A stretch of 63,137 nucleotides of DNA, counting the filler, from Octopus bimaculoides (taxonomy: Eukaryota), in assembly GCF_001194135.2 (NCBI RefSeq). It is 5 parts of 4 records of this genome, joined end to end, with 100 filler letters (N's around TTAATTAATTAA, not from the genome) between each part and the next. Parts side by side here need not be neighbours in the genome. Positions count along the whole stretch, not along the records: positions 1 to 16,030 come from NC_069002.1; positions 16,131 to 43,456 come from NC_068996.1; 3 more parts are not named here. One strand, given 5' to 3'. Below, piece after piece: positions 14,471 through 24,727 of the stretch (its first letter is position 1; each line of letters begins with the position of its first letter). The translations under genes and the position numbers were made by a program. The notes under the pieces were generated by a model. It searched no databases. It was given only the letters and a program-made list of their open reading frames with translations, and was not told the origin of the DNA.

Positions 14471-14706
14471 TGTCTGGAACACGACCTGGGACACGAGAGC
14501 GAGAAAAACGCAGTAGCAGCAGACTACATCGGGGTCTCCCCACTAGCACTGAGGTTAACAAGGATCAAATTAGAGTTCCAAATAATCCTGTTCAATCAAA
14601 TATGATTCCACCATCAGCACAAATTAATTCAGGACTTCGACGAGGCAGTGCTTCCAAAGATGAGACAACTGGACGTTCAACTTCTTCGAGACACTTGCGC
14701 AAATAA
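14471..14706 (+). CDS. CSNK1D/E: Terminal coding exon of a casein kinase 1 delta/epsilon-like gene (autoinhibitory tail), 78 aa: (V)SGTRPGTREREKRSSSRLHRGLPTSTEV...DETTGRSTSSRHLRK*
   Basis: Strong acceptor TTCTTTCCTTTTCCTTTTTCAG| at 14470, phase 1, stop TAA 14704-14706. The peptide resembles vertebrate CK1delta/epsilon tails as recalled from memory ([20 protein letters not shown]..., LTGR..., and the CK1epsilon end DHLGK*). Kinase-domain exons are not in the window. Confidence 0.7.
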
Positions 14707-16030
14707 AAATAATTAAAAAAACAAACAATTACAATGAATAAAATTAAGAGAAAAAAAAGCTGCTGGTCAGAAGTGTGTGTGTCTGTGTGTTTGTATGTGT
14801 GTGTGACTGTATGTATGTTTGTGTGTGTGTGTGACTGAGCATTTGTTGCCACTTGTCTCTGCAGACCACTTGTCACACATCACTATTATTACTACTACTA
14901 CTACCACCACCACAACCACCACCATGATATTGAATGGTGGTCGTTGTTATAAGACAGCCATAATAGCTCCACTGAAGCTGCCAGATCAATTTTATACACA
15001 CACACACACACACATGCACACATGACTGCTTGTCTTAATGTCAGATGTGCACTGTACGCCTACCTATCACAACCACTTTGCAACCTTTCTTTAATTTCTA
15101 AGGGTTTTTTTGTTTTTTTTCTTTTAACTGAATTAATCATCTTAGCAGCTCTTGGGTTCTAGGTTTTAGGCACAGTTAGATTTAGGGAAAAATGAATTGG
15201 TGTGGGTGATGATTACTACTACTACTACTACTACTACAGTGCTAAGAAGAGTTACGAAATGCTTGTTCTGCATTGAAACCAACAGACAGAACTTTAGGAA
15301 TTGTGGTACCCTTGTTCATTCTGTTCAAGTTGACATCCTGACTGTTTCTTGTATTACTGCTGCAATTGAACTTTCTTCTGCCGTTCTCTAGGATTTAAAG
15401 TTTTCTAGGAGCAACAAATGCAAACAGTAGGTGCCACATTATGTTTTGGACATTTTTGGAATTTATTATTCCCCAGAAACCAATTGAAGACGACAAGTAG
15501 TAATGTGCAAAAGAAAACCAAAACCTCATATTGCTAAGTCCCTTACATTTGACACGTTCATCATTTTGTATATATTAAGCTATTGTTTTTTCCCAAGCAA
15601 GGAATTTTATAGTTAAATATACTTTGCCTTATTTTTTTCCAAAATTTTTTTCTTTCTTCTACTGTCTGGTCCATTCCAAAAGAAGCTTCAAAGCCATTCT
15701 TGAAAGAAGCTGTCTCTCTTCTGTTTAATACCATGTTCCAAAGAAGAAGAAAAAAAGAAAAAATTGTTTTAATAACAGATATGTTATTTGCTTGTGATTG
15801 GAGTCTTTTCAGCATTGTATCACCAAAGATGGCCAGTTGGCCATCTCAGTGTTTTATGTATATTAGAGAAAAATTTCCAAGTTACCACCCCCCAGCCCTT
15901 AACCCATTCCCCCACCCTTCCACTGTCATTTTCGGCTTTGTAGATCTGTCCCCCCAGCCCCTTTATATCACTTTCCTGATTTTAATTGTTGCATTTCATG
16001 GAATCTTAAACTTGTTTCCTTCTTTAAAAA

Positions 16031-16130
16031 NNNNNNNNNNNNNNNNNNNNNNNNNNNNNNNNNNNNNNNNNNNNTTAATTAATTAANNNNNNNNNNNNNN
16101 NNNNNNNNNNNNNNNNNNNNNNNNNNNNNN
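16031..16130. other. Artificial scaffold linker (44 N + TTAATTAATTAA + 44 N)
   Basis: 12-mer at 16075-16086 gives stops in all six frames; identical construct at three other sites. Confidence 0.95.
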
Positions 16131-17960
16131 ATACAAGTTGCCCTTCTAATTAAGTACTCCTAAGAAACTGTAATATCATGTACGGATTAACACTAATAAC
16201 TTTTAAAACCTATATCATACCTCTTAATTTAAAATTAGTATATAATTAGCATGTCCTTTTAACATCAATATTCTTTTAACGGATCTTTCTGAATTGACGG
16301 GCACCACTTTTCATTTATGTTTTAAGTAGTGTTTTTGGTACCGAAACACTTTCAAACTTCGTATACTTGTATATTTTGTGTTATAGAACAGATACAAAAT
16401 TTTGTATTCGAAGTTATTTCATGTAAAAAATTGTATTTCGGTAATTTCAACCAATCACTGACGTCTATTGAGGTGAAAACAATTACTGCTGTGAATTGTG
16501 AACACCACACGTTGTGCGGAACCTTTCCCTTAAATAAAATTAGTACTGTTGTTTGTCAACAACTATCAGCGGTACTGTTATTTATAACATCGTTCATGCG
16601 TTTGTACTGGTTTTAGCTTTAGGGTTTTAGGGTTAGGGTTAGGGTTAGGGTTATGATTATTTTTGCCATAAACTAACTCATAACCCTAACCCTAAAACTC
16701 TAACCCTAACCCTAACTCTAAAACCTGAATCTTAACCCTAAAACCCTAAACCCTTACTAGGGAATAACGATATAATTACCAGGGAATAACGATCTTGACA
16801 TCGGCAAAAATTATTGTTTACAAAAACAGCAGTCACTGTATTCAGCTGAATAGACGTCAGTGATTGGTTGAAATAACAGAAATACGACAACTTTAACATG
16901 AAATAACTTGCAATATGAAATTTTTGTTAAGAAGGCTAAGAGAAAAAGATGTTTTATATGACACATTCTACCAGTATCCCAAGTTTGAAAGTGTTTCGTT
17001 AAGAAAATAAATGGCTCCCGTCAATTCAGAAAGATCCCTTTTAACTAATACCGGTATCAGTCTTGATTGAAATTAGCTAAATAAGTTAATAAACAACTTT
17101 TAGTTCCTAATACTTAAATTATTATACATTTTCTATAAATCTTCTCTATTGATATTAATAAGGTATATATACTTTATTATGGTTTTTAGTGATTAGGCTA
17201 TCTTTATTCCTTTTCTATGGTGCTCTACCCTACCTGATCATTTTATTATTTTATGATAGCCTTTAATAAATCTAATTTTTGTACCCTTATTAATTCATAC
17301 TTAACTTATATAGGACAATACCAGTATCTCCACAACTTAAAATAATTTAATTTAATTAAATTAGTATATAGTTAACATGTTTTTTAGCCTCAGTGCTTCT
17401 TTATTAAATATCAGTAAAATCCAATTGATCAATCTTCATGGATACCATTTAATAAGTTAATACTTAGATAAATAATTTGTATAAATATTAAACTATTTCT
17501 ATGTAATTTTTTTCCTCCCTCTATTTTGGTAAAAGTTGGTATATACTCAAAAGTATTCAAAGAAGTTTTATCCTTTTTGTTATAATATCATTCTTAATAA
17601 TCTTCTTGACAACCCTAAATTTTAACTTTATACAATATGATAATATTGTTTGAAATGGTCTTTAGAAATGAATTGATTTATCTCTTTCTTAAAGTGCTCC
17701 ACCCTTCTGACCTTAGTATTTATAAGGGCCTTTATATAAGTAGCCCTTCTAATTAAGTACCCTAAGAAACTATAAATATCATGTAGGGAGTAACAATAAT
17801 AACTTCTAAAACCTATAATATAACCCTTTATTTAAAAATTAGTGTAACATTAGAAAGTCCTATAACATCAATATTCCTTTAGCTAATACCAGGTTTGAGT
17901 GTTTATTGATACTAGCTAAGTAATTAAATATATAATTTTTAGTTTAGTATACTTCGAATT
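16131..17960. repeat. Tandem duplication of an approximately 0.84-kb TpA-rich unit (unit 1: 16131-16279 + 17039-17734; unit 2: 17735-17960 + 21488-about 22040)
   Basis: 16131-16276 matches 17735-17880 (AAGT.GCCCTTCTAATTAAGTAC...ACATCAATATTC). 17118-17650 matches 21488-22035 (ATTATACATTTTCTA.AAATCTTCTCTATTGAT...). Roughly 80% identity by eye; each unit is interrupted by a different TE. Confidence 0.8.
16280..17038. mobile_element. MITE with GGGATC termini, 6-bp TSD (TTTTAA) and central (TTAGGG)n/(CCCTAA)n
   Basis: TIR GGATCTTTCTGAATTGACGGG (16281-16301) / CCCGTCAATTCAGAAAGATCC (17017-17037). TTTTAA at 16274-16279 and 17039-17044. Subterminal inverted AATTTCAACCAATCACTGACGTC. Confidence 0.9.
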
Positions 17961-18312
17961 ACTCTTTTACTTGTTTCAGTCATTTGACTGTGGACATGCT
18001 GGAGCACCGCCTTTCGTTGAGCAAATCGACCCAAGGACTTTGTAAGTCTAGTACTTATTCTATCGGTCTCTTTTGCCGAACCGCTAAGTTACGGGGACGT
18101 AAACACACCAGCATCAGTTGTCAAGCGATGTTGGGGGGACAAACACAAACACACAAACACACAAACACACACACACACACACACGCACACGCACACACAC
18201 ACACACACANNNNNNNNNNNNNNNNNNNNNNNNNNNNNNNNNNNNNNNNNNNNNNNNNNNNNNNNNNNNNNNNNNNNNNNNNNNNNNNNNNNNNNNNNNN
18301 NNNNNNNNNNNN

Positions 18313-18351
<39 letters not shown>

Positions 18352-18492
18352 TACGACGGGCTTCTTTCAGTTTCCGTCTACCAAATCCACTCACGAGGCT
18401 TTGGTCGGCCCGAGGCTATATTAGAAGACACTTGCCCAAGGTGCCACGCAGTGGGACTAAACCCGGAACCATGTGGTTTGTAAGCAAGCTAT

Positions 18493-20434
18493 TTTTATTC
18501 GTCAAATTGGCTATGAAAGCCGTGCACAGATAAGTAGCTGCGGGCTAGACAAAGACGTTAATGAGATGAGGATGATAACGACAATAATGAACAAAAATGG
18601 GAGGGGCATCGGCGCCCGGTGCCCGCCGACCGGTAACCCCTCCAAATCACTGTTCTTTTATTCAATTTAAATCAAAAACTATCACAAAAATTACAAAATT
18701 TTCCTTAATCTTCCTCTTCCTTATCCGAGCCCCCGAGTAAGTTCCCTACTGCCTGCAGGAAAGCCTGCATCGGCAGGTCGGGGCTCGGAAAGGGGAAAAC
18801 AAATTATTCTTCAGCAAAGGTCACCATGACCTCAAATAGTGCTTTTTGCTTTGGACAGTCTATGCAGATCGAGTCGTATCGTTCTCGGTCGAGAAGACTG
18901 TCTTAGCATCTCTCAACAAGCCCTCCCTTGTGATAGAAAATGATTCCACTGACAGAGCCTCTCGCTTCGGTGGCACGCATCCCACTGGAGGAGCATCGGG
19001 TTCTGTCGGCGGCACAGGAACATCCGCCAACTGTATCCCGTTTTTCTTCTTTCTCCTTTTCCTTCTTACAGTTGCGGAAGTCGGAGCCTCCGTTGGCACA
19101 CCCGGGGGATCCTCCTCCACTCCCGCAACTTGCGTGTCTTTTGGTGAGCAACGGTGGTTGCTCACCTTTTTTTTTCTTCGAGGCTGACACCTACACGACT
19201 TCCTCCTTTTCTCACTGCAATGGAAGAGCATAGGGTACCTTCACCTTTTCCTGCTCTGGGGCCTTACCACGGCCCCGGTGGCAGGTCTTCCTAATGTGGC
19301 CTGACTCCAGGCACGAGTGACACTTGGGAGGGGAACCCTCAAGTATCACTGGATACTTGGAGCCAGCCATTCTCAAGAAGTCGGGGAAGGTCATTTCGCC
19401 TGCGGCCATAGGGGTATGCAGGGTCAGAGTTGCCTTTGCACCCTCCCAGTCGACCACAGGAGTTACCCTTATATTTAAGAGCCTGGGCCTGCTACCCCCC
19501 AGGCCCCACCGGATGTCATCACCAATCCATACTGCTTCCGTGCCCGGGGGCAGCCCACACAACCAAGTTCTTATTACCTTCCTCCCACAATAACTGGGGA
19601 GGAACAAAATTTCCTTGCCCTCAATGGGCTTGCTAGCAAATCTGCCAGCCTCCTCGAGGGAACCAAACAGCCACCAGACCATTGCGAATTTGGTCCCCCG
19701 AGAAATGAATTTTATATTTCGCCGATAATTCGCCAATTATTCGTCTATTATACTCTTGTCGAAGAGGGCGATGGCCACACGTGACCTAGAATAGGTCTGT
19801 AGAAACACCGTCCTCTTCTCAAGATCATTCAACCAATGCTTAGGTGGGGTAACCTCCCACTCTAAGGCACTGTTTATATTAGCCATGTGTTAAATAAAAA
19901 GTTCACAGTTCAAAAAAAGAGTCCAAATAAATTTTAAAAGAAGTCCAAAAGGAATAAACAAAACAGTCCCAAAAAAATAAGTGAAAAGGAAAGTAAAAAA
20001 AAAACAGCTAAACAGTTCCAAAAAGCAAAAACGGGAAGATAAAAAAGAGAAAACAGTTCACACGGCATAAATTCAATGGCCAACAGGTATTCTTGGCCAA
20101 CTGGTAGAATCCTTTGGTAATGGTAAATAATCCAGCAAGTTCGGGCGAGGATATGACCCCTTTTGTTTTACCCAAAGCACAGTGGATCACATTAAACAAC
20201 AAACAGCAGCAGCCGACAGCAGGCGGAATTGTCCCAGAGCTGGGCGCAATTTATCAACAAACAATATTACAATTTAACAAATTACACTCAGCTCAAATGA
20301 ACACAAAACCACCTACCCCAACAGCATTCACTGTTATTATTCTTTTTTCTTTTTCAGTTCAGTATTTGGACGGAGCTAACAAGCTCACGTCCACTCTAGT
20401 ATCTGGCAAGAAGCAACACTTACACGCATGCGTA
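18493..20434 (-). mobile_element. Element E1: about 1.94-kb ORF1/gag-only non-LTR retroelement (L1/Tx1-like ORF1 with CCHC knuckle)
   Basis: Flanked by 13-bp TSDs; ends in AATAAAAA on the minus strand; carries pseudo-ORF 19886-18705; no APE, RT or RLE motifs. Confidence 0.8.
18705..19886 (-). pseudogene. Gag-like ORF1 of E1, 394 codons in one frame with five internal stops: MANINSALEWEVTPPKHWLNDLEKRTVFLQTYSRS...EGSPPKCHSCLESGHIRKTC...PDLPMQAFLQAVGNLLGGSDKEEED*
   Basis: C-x2-C-x4-H-x4-C zinc knuckle preceded by an RRM-like segment (WLCGLPP). N- and C-termini are collinear with the intact E2 ORF. The low-complexity middle may originally have used another frame. Confidence 0.8.
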
Positions 20435-20447
20435 GTAAGTGAGCTAC

Positions 20448-21297
20448 TTTTATTCATCAAATTAGCTATGAAAGCCGAACACAGATAAGTAGCTGCGGGC
20501 TAGACAAAGACATTAATGAGGATGATAACGACAAAGATTTAAAGAATGGGAGGGGCACCGGCGCCCGCCGACCGATAACCCCTCGAAATCACTGTACTTT
20601 TATTCAATTTAAATCAAAAATCACAAAGATTCAAAAAATATCACAAAAATTACGAATATTTATCTTTCTCTTACTCATCCGAGCCCCCGAGTAAGTTCCC
20701 TGCCACCTGCAGGAAAGCCTGCATCGGCAAATCGGGACCCGGAAAGAGGAAAACCAAATCTTCTTTACCACAGGTCACTATGACCTCAAATAGTTCTTTT
20801 TGTTTTACGACCTCCGCAGTCACCTGCAGAGGCCAACTTGCACAGTCTATGCAGACCGAGTCGCATCGTTCTCGGTCGAGAAGACTGTCCAAAAATTTCT
20901 CAACAGGCCCTCCCCTGAGATAGAAAATGATGGGCAGATATTCTGCCAACTCTTTCTCTATGGTGTCATTATATTGAACAATGGCGCCGAGTGACCTAGA
21001 ATAGGTCCTCAGCACCACCGTTCTATTGTTCAAGTCTTTTAACCACTCTTTAGGTGGGACAACCTCCCACTCCAAGGCAGTGGCTACATTTTTTTTTTTT
21101 GCCATGTATAAAAAATGTTCACAAAGTTCAAAAGAAAAACAGTCCAAGAAAAACAATTGAATAAAAAAGTAAAAAGAAAGCACAGTTCAAAGAAGAAAAA
21201 AAAAACAAAAGATAGACAGAAAAAAAAAAGAATATAGGAAAACACTCGTCTTTTCATTTTGAAAGCAACAAACCAACTTACAACGCATGCATCGTTC
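20448..21297 (-). mobile_element. Element E2: about 0.85-kb internally deleted relative of E1
   Basis: Shares the 3' UTR, ORF ends and 5' motif GCATGCGT(T)GTAAGT with E1; flanked by 13-bp TSDs. Confidence 0.82.
20671..21105 (-). CDS. Intact 144-aa ORF of E2 (ORF1 N-terminus fused in frame to the ORF1 C-terminal domain; knuckle deleted)
   Basis: ATG at 21105 to stop at 20671 with no interruption: MAKKKNVATALEWEVVPPKEWLKDLNNRTVVLRTYSRS...DSLLDRERCDSVCIDC...AFLQVAGNLLGGSDE*. Expression unknown. Confidence 0.5.
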   Translation of the reverse strand: MAKKKNVATALEWEVVPPKEWLKDLNNRTVVLRTYSRSLGAIVQYNDTIEKELAEYLPIIFYLRGGPVEKFLDSLLDRERCDSVCIDCASWPLQVTAEVVKQKELFEVIVTCGKEDLVFLFPGPDLPMQAFLQVAGNLLGGSDE

Positions 21298-21310
21298 GTA
21301 ATCAAGCTAC

Positions 21311-21450
21311 TTTATTTCAATTTATTTGCCATAAAGGCAGTATACAGAGTAGCTGCGAGCTAGACAAACACATTAAAGAGATGAGATGAATGATGAACAC
21401 GATGATATTAATGGGAAAAGATAGAAGGCGCCCGCCGAACTCTGCTTCTC
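21311..21450 (-). mobile_element. Element E3: 5'-truncated 3'-end stub of the same family
   Basis: TTTATT...GTAGCTGCGAGCTAGACAAA...GGCGCCCGCCGA matches the 3' UTR of E1/E2; flanked by 13-bp TSDs. Confidence 0.78.
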
Positions 21451-22203
21451 GGAAGCGAGCTACTTACCATACAACCACTCCTACGCCTATTATTATACAT
21501 TTTCTAAAAATCTTCTCTATTGATGTTAGTAAAGTATATATACTTTATCATGTTTTTAGTGATTAAGCTATTTTATTCCTTTTCTATGGTGTTCTGCCCT
21601 ACCTGATTATTCTTTCTTTTTTATTTTATAATAGCCTTTATTTATTTATAAAATAAATCTAATTTTTGTACCTCTATAAACTCATACTTAGCTTATATAA
21701 AACAATATTGGTATGTTCACAACTTAAAATAAACTGCTTAGATTATAATTTAATTAATATATAGCAAGCATGTTCTTTTACTCCACTACTCCTTTATTAA
21801 ATACCAGTATATACCAATTTATCAATATTCATAGATACCATCTGATAAGTTAGTATTTAAGTATATAATATGTATAAATATTAAACTATTTCTAGATAAT
21901 TTCTTTTCGTCCATCTATTGTGGTAAAAGTTTGGTATATACTCAAAATTATTCAAAAAACTTATCCTTTTCTTATAATAATCTTCTGAATAACCCTAAAT
22001 TTTAACTTTGTACAATATAGCAATATTGTTTAAAATGTTTAAAATATTTAACTATAGTACTACATGATAAGATTTCCCCTGTTTCATTATCAATGGTCTG
22101 CTAGTGGCCGGCCCCCTTAATTGTCAGCTAACATCTTGATTTAAGTTTTCCTTTACCAAATCTCATGATATTGCTTCTAATAAATCTTGATAGTTTTTTT
22201 TTA

Positions 22204-22618
22204 TGACAGGAGTGGCTGTGTGGTAAGTAGCTTGCTTACCAACCACATGGTTCCGGGTTCATTCCCACTGCGTGGCACCTTGGGCAAGTGTCTTCTACTA
22301 TAGCCTCGGGCCGACCAAAGCCTTGTGAGTGGATTTGGAAGACGGAAACTGAAAGAAGCCTGTCGTATATATGTACATATATATATGTGTGTGTGTGTTT
22401 GTGTCTGTGTTTGCCCTCCCAACATCGCTTGACAACCGATGCTGGTGTGTTTACGTCCCCGTAAGTTAGCGGCTCAGCAAAAGAGATCGATAGAATAAGG
22501 ACTAGGCTTCCAAACAATAAGTCCTGTGGTCGATTTGCTCGACTAAAAGGCGGTGCTCTAGCATGGCCGCAGTCAAATGACTGAAACAAGTAAAAGAGTA
22601 AAGAGAGTAAAAGAGTAA
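22204..22618 (+). mobile_element. tRNA-derived SINE family A, complete uninterrupted copy
   Basis: A-box-like TGGCTGTGTGG, B-box-like GGTTCATTCCC, internal (TA)/(TG) tract, tail ending AAACAAGTAAAAGAGTAA; empty target GTAGCTTGCTTAC. Confidence 0.92.
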
Positions 22619-22870
22619 ACCCACTATGATTTATATCGACTCCCTCAGCCCTATTCCTAACAGACACTGCTCCTTCTCTCGGCCTCAGATATACAAAGAT
22701 TTGATAAAACTAGTCTTTAAATTAAAACTGACTCCATAAAACAGTGACAAGCAAAATCTGTAACAAGTCTTTCTTCTGATACCTTAGTAGGTTCTAAGCT
22801 GAAGTGAAGGCAGTATGTTCTTTCTCTCTCTCCTTATCTTCTTGGAGATTTTAGGTAAAATTATACTATA

Positions 22871-23039
22871 GGCGTAGGAGTGGTTGTGTGGTAAGTAGCT
22901 TGCTTACAAACCACATGGTTCCGGGTTTAGTCCCACTACGTAGCACCTTGGGCAAGTGTCTTCTACTATAGCCTCGGGCCGACCAAGGCCTTGTGAGTGG
23001 ATTTGGTAGACGGAAACTGAAAGAAGCCCGTCGTATATA

Positions 23040-23090
<51 letters not shown>
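22871..23090 (+). mobile_element. SINE family A, 5' half running into a (TG)n tract and gap
   Basis: GGCGTAGGAGTGGTTGTGTGGTAAGTAGCTTGCTTAC... matches the family head; empty target site. Confidence 0.9.
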
Positions 23091-24224
23091 NNNNNNNNNN
23101 NNNNNNNNNNNNNNNNNNNNNNNNNNNNNNNNNNNNNNNNNNNNNNNNNNNNNNNNNNNNNNNNNNNNNNNNNNNNNNNNNNNNNNNNNNNNNNNNNNNN
23201 NNNNNNNNNNNNNNNNNNNNNNNNNNNNNNNNNNNNNNNNNNNNNNNNNNNNNNNNNNNNNNNNNNNNNNNNNNNNNNNNNNNNNNNNNNNNNNNNNNNN
23301 NNNNNNNNNNNNNNNNNNNNNNNNNNNNNNNNNNNNNNNNNNNNNNNNNNNNNNNNNNNNNNNNNNNNNNNNNNNNNNNNNNNNNNNNNNNNNNNNNNNN
23401 NNNNNNNNNNNNNNNNNNNNNNNNNNNNNNNNNNNNNNNNNNNNNNNNNNNNNNNNNNNNNNNNNNNNNNNNNNNNNNNNNNNNNNNNNNNNNNNNNNNN
23501 NNNNNNNNNNNNNNNNNNNNNNNNNNNNNNNNNNNNNNNNNNNNNNNNNNNNNNNNNNNNNNNNNNNNNNNNNNNNNNNNNNNNNNNNNNNNNNNNNNNN
23601 NNNNNNNNNNNNNNNNNNNNNNNNNNNNNNNNNNNNNNNNNNNNNNNNNNNNNNNNNNNNNNNNNNNNNNNNNNNNNNNNNNNNNNNNNNNNNNNNNNNN
23701 NNNNNNNNNNNNNNNNNNNNNNNNNNNNNNNNNNNNNNNNNNNNNNNNNNNNNNTATAAGGATATTGTTCATAATAATATCAGTTGCTTAGCATGTGTAA
23801 AAAACAATAAAAGTAAAATTATCAGTTAATAATTAAGGTTACTACAGGCAGTACCAACATGCTAAAACAGCAGTCAAAATTACTCAAGCCACAAATTTTC
23901 AGTTAGACACAAAGGTGAAGGCAGGCAAATGAGCAAAATTCCTAACACCTCGTACCAATGACGAAAATAATCGAAAATTGAAATTTCGAACTTTGAGAAA
24001 ATACCCTTAGTTCATCTTCAGTGAGTCATACAAACTCAGAGTTAAAGGGCTTGTTCATCTCAACCAATATGTGCGATGACCGTTTTTAATGCCGCAGCAA
24101 AATTGAAAAGGTGATCGAAGTGAATAAAATATATATACATATATATACAAGGATAATATTGTTTATAATAATATCACTGGTTTCAGTCATTTTGACTGCA
24201 ATTTTAGCTTGCTGATACTACCAG

Positions 24225-24727
24225 AAGATCCGGTCACTTTAGCCGAACATCCTTCCCCTCAAACACTTCAAAACTTCGCAGTAGAACTCACGATTGACGG
24301 TCTGGCCCTGGGGGACGAATTCTTGATGTTCAATACCACATTTCTGGGTGATGGTGCTTGTGGCAGGTCTTCCAAATTGCTGATTGTCTCCAAGATACGT
24401 TCTTCCGCAAATTGAAACGTTGTGTACGGCACATTGCCTCGTCGCCGTAGGCTTGCCGAAGCATGCTTAGTGTCTCTGTAGCAGACGTCTCATTTGTAAG
24501 ACAAAATATCACGTTGGCTCTTCGTCCATGTCCATTACAAAACCAGACTACATCATACACGTGATGACAAAAACACAAATTTAACAACTTGCGAAATAAA
24601 CACAGCAATGTCACTTGGCGCACTGCCTTGCGAAGTTCACTGCTCGCTCTCATTGCGCACACAACCGTGTGCTGCCATCTGTTGGCGCACTACAGAACTA
24701 GTCCGGGAATTTTTGATACCACACCGT
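24225..24727 (-). mobile_element. Internally deleted mariner (Tc1/mariner) remnant
   Basis: Translation FCLTNETSATETLSMLRQAYGDEAMCRTQ (mariner HTH) joined to HQEFVPQGQTVNREFYCEVLK; TIR-like ACTAGTCCGGGAATTTTTGATACCACACC near 24699-24727. Confidence 0.85.

Larger units (their letters stand above)
17961..21487 (-). mobile_element. tRNA-derived SINE family A with internal CA/TA microsatellite; head interrupted by nested insertions 18493-21450
   Basis: Tail and body at 17961-18492 and remainder of head (CTTACCATACAACCACTCCTACGCC) at 21463-21487 rejoin to match the intact copies at 22204 and 22871. Confidence 0.92.

Noticed and set aside
16620-16752. (TTAGGG)n-(CCCTAA)n as a chromosome end-to-end fusion scar
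   Set aside because: Short, degenerate, and enclosed by TIRs and a TSD; a related element occurs at 26928.
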